Below, in pieces: positions 60,201-64,000 of a stretch of DNA of 64,000 nt; position 1 is the first letter of the stretch; every line of letters starts with the position of its first letter. Location: NCBI RefSeq assembly GCF_046119375.1, contig NW_027362767.1, positions 256,494,001 to 256,558,000 of the forward strand, in the 5' to 3' direction. Origin of the DNA: Phyllobates terribilis (lineage: Eukaryota). Under the pieces are notes generated by a model, which saw nothing but the letters and a program-made list of their open reading frames with translations, was not told where the DNA came from and did not search any database. The position numbers and the translations under genes are program-made.

Positions 60201-63000
60201 AGTGATGGAATGATATAGACCATTGATTAAATAAAAACAATTGTTACTTTGTGCCTTACAGGTGTATGACAACTAGTAAAATATATTAGTGTAATATTAC
60301 ATTGCTGGAAATCGATATATAAAGTAGCAATCCTCAGCTGTTACCAGTAGCGCTAAAATGTCTCCATGCAGCACAGGCCCTATTCCCAGCTCAATCTTGT
60401 TATATATTCTTTGTATACCAGTGATGTGCAGCCCTGGGGACTACAGGTGTCAGCATGCCTGACTTCTGCACACTTGGTGTCGTAGGTTCCCAGTGACTGG
60501 AGATTTACAGGTAGGAAATCACTGCTGTGTACAATCCTTAGAGAACATCCTAGTCATTTCTAGACTGGCTTTTCTGGCAAACAAGTTTACTTGTAGTGAG
60601 TATACACTGGTAGACCATTCAGTAAGATCTTGTGGAACTACGAATCTTGCTGTCTACTGCTATCAGGTCATGTTGGGTCTCTTGGTTTCCTGATATAACC
60701 TCACCTATGTCCAAAAAGGATGTTCATTTTGTAATGCTGGAAAGCACTTTGCACCAAAAGCTGTGTCTGTGCTATTGCGCAGGTGGAACAAAAGTAATTG
60801 TTCATGACTTATTCCTTCTGATGCAATAGAAACAAATGACAGGATATATCTCTGCACATATATTTCCTATAAACCTATACCTAACACTAATGCCCATATC
60901 TAAATAGACGCTAAGGGTCCAACTGCTGGCACCCATCAATCCTGAAAATGGGGTTCTGCAGAGCTCTATTGAATAGAGAAGAGAGTGAGTATTCGCCCAT
61001 CGCTCTTCATTCATTTTCTATGCCGGAGACAGTGGAGTGCTGCACCCAACAATTTCTGGCAGTCCTGTGGAGAATGAATGAAGTCGTAGTGCACATGTTT
61101 GACCTCGGCTCTGTTCAGACATGGCTTTTTAGAGTCCCATTTTCAGGATTGTTAGTGGGGGGGACCCAGCTACCCAACAATCAACATGTTATCCCCTATA
61201 CTAGCAATACAACCCCTTTAAGAATGAATCATACTGTCACGTACCAGCATGATGGAGGCCAAAAGGACACTGTTTTGTTCTCAATCGGGTCAATGGGAGC
61301 TTAAGAATATTTGACATGAAATGAGAGCTTTCCCGGCACATAAATTAAATGGACACTGCAAGCACAGAGTGGCTCAGCCTTAAACTACCTTGAAAAGGAA
61401 AGACCCTTTTTTTAGGTGCAGAACATTTCAGAACTGGTTGAGCAATGACAATGTCCTGCTTTGTGCACCTGCTTGTGCTCCATTAGTAAATGGGCATGAG
61501 TACCAATCTCCTTCTACTCCACTAACATCACGTCTTGGTATAGAATCGTTTCTAACCTCAGGCCCAGATGCTTTCAATCTGCCTCTGCATGGTCCGACTA
61601 CCTACAGCAGGAATAGAAAGAATGTATTCCTTATTACCAAGCAGACCTCTAAATATAAGGCTGTCTATATGACGGGCTATGCTAGCAGGTGCAATGGAGG
61701 TGTATAATGTATGAAAAAATAATTGTTTCAGCTAAGCCATCGGGCTGACTCACCCACAGTCGCCTTGTATAGCAGTCAATTAGGTCTGAGTGAGTTGTCT
61801 CAAAGTGTTATTAGGGCATCTTATAAATGGTCTTTTGGTGATGGATCCACATTACTCCAGGGGCAACACAGAGACTTTGGTGGGGGCACATGTCGTGTTG
61901 TCAAAAATTACTGCTACCTCGCAGCATAGTGCAAGTGAATGGGGTTACATTATGACTCCTAAGGTACCGCGACAAGCAAATTATTAAAGTCAGAACCCGT
62001 TGGATAGATCTGTCTCGTGTCCAAAGTTGCCATGTAGCTCCACCTCAGAATGTATCTACCCTCATCCTTTTCTTAGAAAGATCTCCCAAGTCCCTTCACA
62101 TTCCTCTCCACCATAGGACTTGTTAGAAGTGTAGCAGATGACCATGACCCTTCTCCATTATCATAGGAGAGGGCAGGTCTAGTTCATTGTGGAGAGATGA
62201 CGGATGCTGATAATGTACCGGTGTGGGGAAATTATGATTTGTTCCTCTTTTTGCTTCTTTTGCGTTCCAGACATGTAACATGACCAGGCTTGGCCTTTCA
62301 TTTTGATTCATGTAGTAGCAGATGGGGCACAAGAACATAAATGATCCTCTCCTTACTAATTCCAATTGAGAACATTCTGCACCGCAAGACGATGAGTGTC
62401 CATATATCACCCCCCAGGCAATCTGAAAATGAGGAATGGATGAGAAGAGACTCGTGTGGATGTGATCACTCCATAATAAATATTACCGGACACTGCGCCT
62501 TACAGGGAATCGCCCCGTAAAATATAAGCTGTTTTTGTGACCTTTTCATGTAAATAAACAATTATTAAGGGTTAAATCCGAGTCGCTAGTTATTCCGCTT
62601 TCATAGCACTGACCTAAACTGCAGTGCACATTGCCGTGTTATGTGCTTGGTCTTTTCATTGAGATTCCTGGCTGGAGCAGATGGAGCACAAAAATCTGAG
62701 TGCTGATCTTAACACCTGAAAACGAAGAACATTCTGCACCCCAGGACGAAGTGTCCGTAGTCCAAGCTATAATACGGCACCATAGCTTTCTATTGGACCG
62801 TGCTGTACCTCTACAATTTCTTATGCAGTCATAAGAAATTTCTTGGCATGCTCCATCAGATATCTAAGAAGAACATCTCCGTAGTATGGTGTTTGCTGTC
62901 CATGTGCCTCCTTACAGACTCATTCAGGCATCCGTTTTTCACGTATGTGGTCTATCTGCACACATACCCATTGTCTATTAAGTTGTTGACATGTTATTTT

Positions 63001-64000
63001 TATTTTTTTTTTGGTAAAATATTTTTATTGAATTTTAATAGTATAAGAAAACAAAACTACTAAACCCCAACAGCCCATCCCAATATCCCCATATCAGGTT
63101 TTACCACTTCTGAGAAAACAGTCTTATAAACTTGAAAATAACTACTCACATAATGGCTTGGGAGATCACCTGTCATGTTGTATTTAGTTTTCATCACTTC
63201 ATTGGACAAGAGACAGGCATTATATTTCAATATTAAAAAGAAGATCTTAATAAAACCGTATACAATCTCCTAACAAGCTGGAAGGGGTCAAACCCCGGCT
63301 CATTGTGCCTATGAAGCCTCATATTTCCCAATTGTATGTCACTTCTGATGAATGCCTTTCTTCATTGAAATAAGCCAGCTGACCTTGTCAACAAATTCTC
63401 GTTTAGAAGGTGGTAGTTCCTGTACCCAATGTTGTACAATAATCTTTCGAGTCATATATAACATACGCGCTACTGCTGTTTTATGTGGTTCAGAGGCATG
63501 GAGGTCTTCTATATATTCCAAGATACATACGAAGGGAGAAAGAATCTGTGAATGTTGCTCTATTTATCAGCGCAACCACCCCAACCCAAAACCTTTTCCA
63601 GGTAAGGACAAGACCACAACTTGTGGAGCAAATCCACATGTATTTTACATCTGTAACACAATAGGGAGTCCTGAAGTCCAATATTATACAAAAACAGAGG
63701 TGTGTTATATACCCTGTGTATCATGTATATCTCCCTCCCACTTTTCTATTTATACATTGGGTATTGCTCCAATATTCTACTTTCAAGATTTTGATATTTC
63801 TTCTTTATAAGTTCTGTTGTCCTTTCAGCAGAACCTAACATGAGATATTATATCCCTTGAGATTAGTAAGCTGTTTAATGTATTCTTCTCTACCCAGTTG
63901 TCAGAGCGTGCCTCAAATGCAAATACTTACAGAACTGATTTGCAGCTAAATCAAAGGTGGCCTGTATATTTAAATATTGTTTAGTAACACCATTATCCAT
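63001..64000 (-). mobile_element. 3' end of an L1-type LINE, continuing beyond the window
   Basis: AATAAA and A-rich tail at about 63001-63025 on the - strand; degenerate ORF2 C-terminus (CYRC...H..W.CP knuckle, RKIIVQHW...PP). Confidence 0.75.

Noticed and set aside
63345-63370. CUGAUGA...GAAA as another hammerhead
   Set aside because: No convincing stems I/III or cleavage triplet; lies in antisense L1 sequence

Overview
Vertebrate genomic DNA, most likely from a frog. This is inferred from the Tc1, hAT, Harbinger, CR1 and Penelope-type repeat spectrum and the gene set; the species cannot be fixed from sequence alone. I assembled four intact spliced genes by hand, each with GT-AG introns and consistent exon phases: an OST-alpha/SLC51A-like gene (-, 7 coding exons, 421 aa), PORCN (-, 14 coding exons including 18-nt and 15-nt microexons, 461 aa), EBP (+, 230 aa) and TBC1D25 (+, 691 aa). 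Introns and intergenic DNA carry nested Tc1 and hAT transposons, MITEs, a CR1, an L1 3' end and several kb-scale minisatellites; the minisatellites explain almost all long ORFs in the track. Signals most worth following up: (1) several unrelated palindromic retro-insertions carrying type I hammerhead ribozyme cores, two with target-site duplications and two with identical fold-back geometry; (2) a possible unannotated + strand spliced gene between SLC51A-like and PORCN whose poly(A) signal abuts that of PORCN; (3) a ~1.5-kb fold-back Tc1 derivative 27 bp from a PORCN exon; (4) an OST-alpha paralogue with a long tail ending in a PDZ-type motif. N-gaps at 34795-34926, 35174-35321, 35435-36126 and 52444-52596 limit what can be seen.
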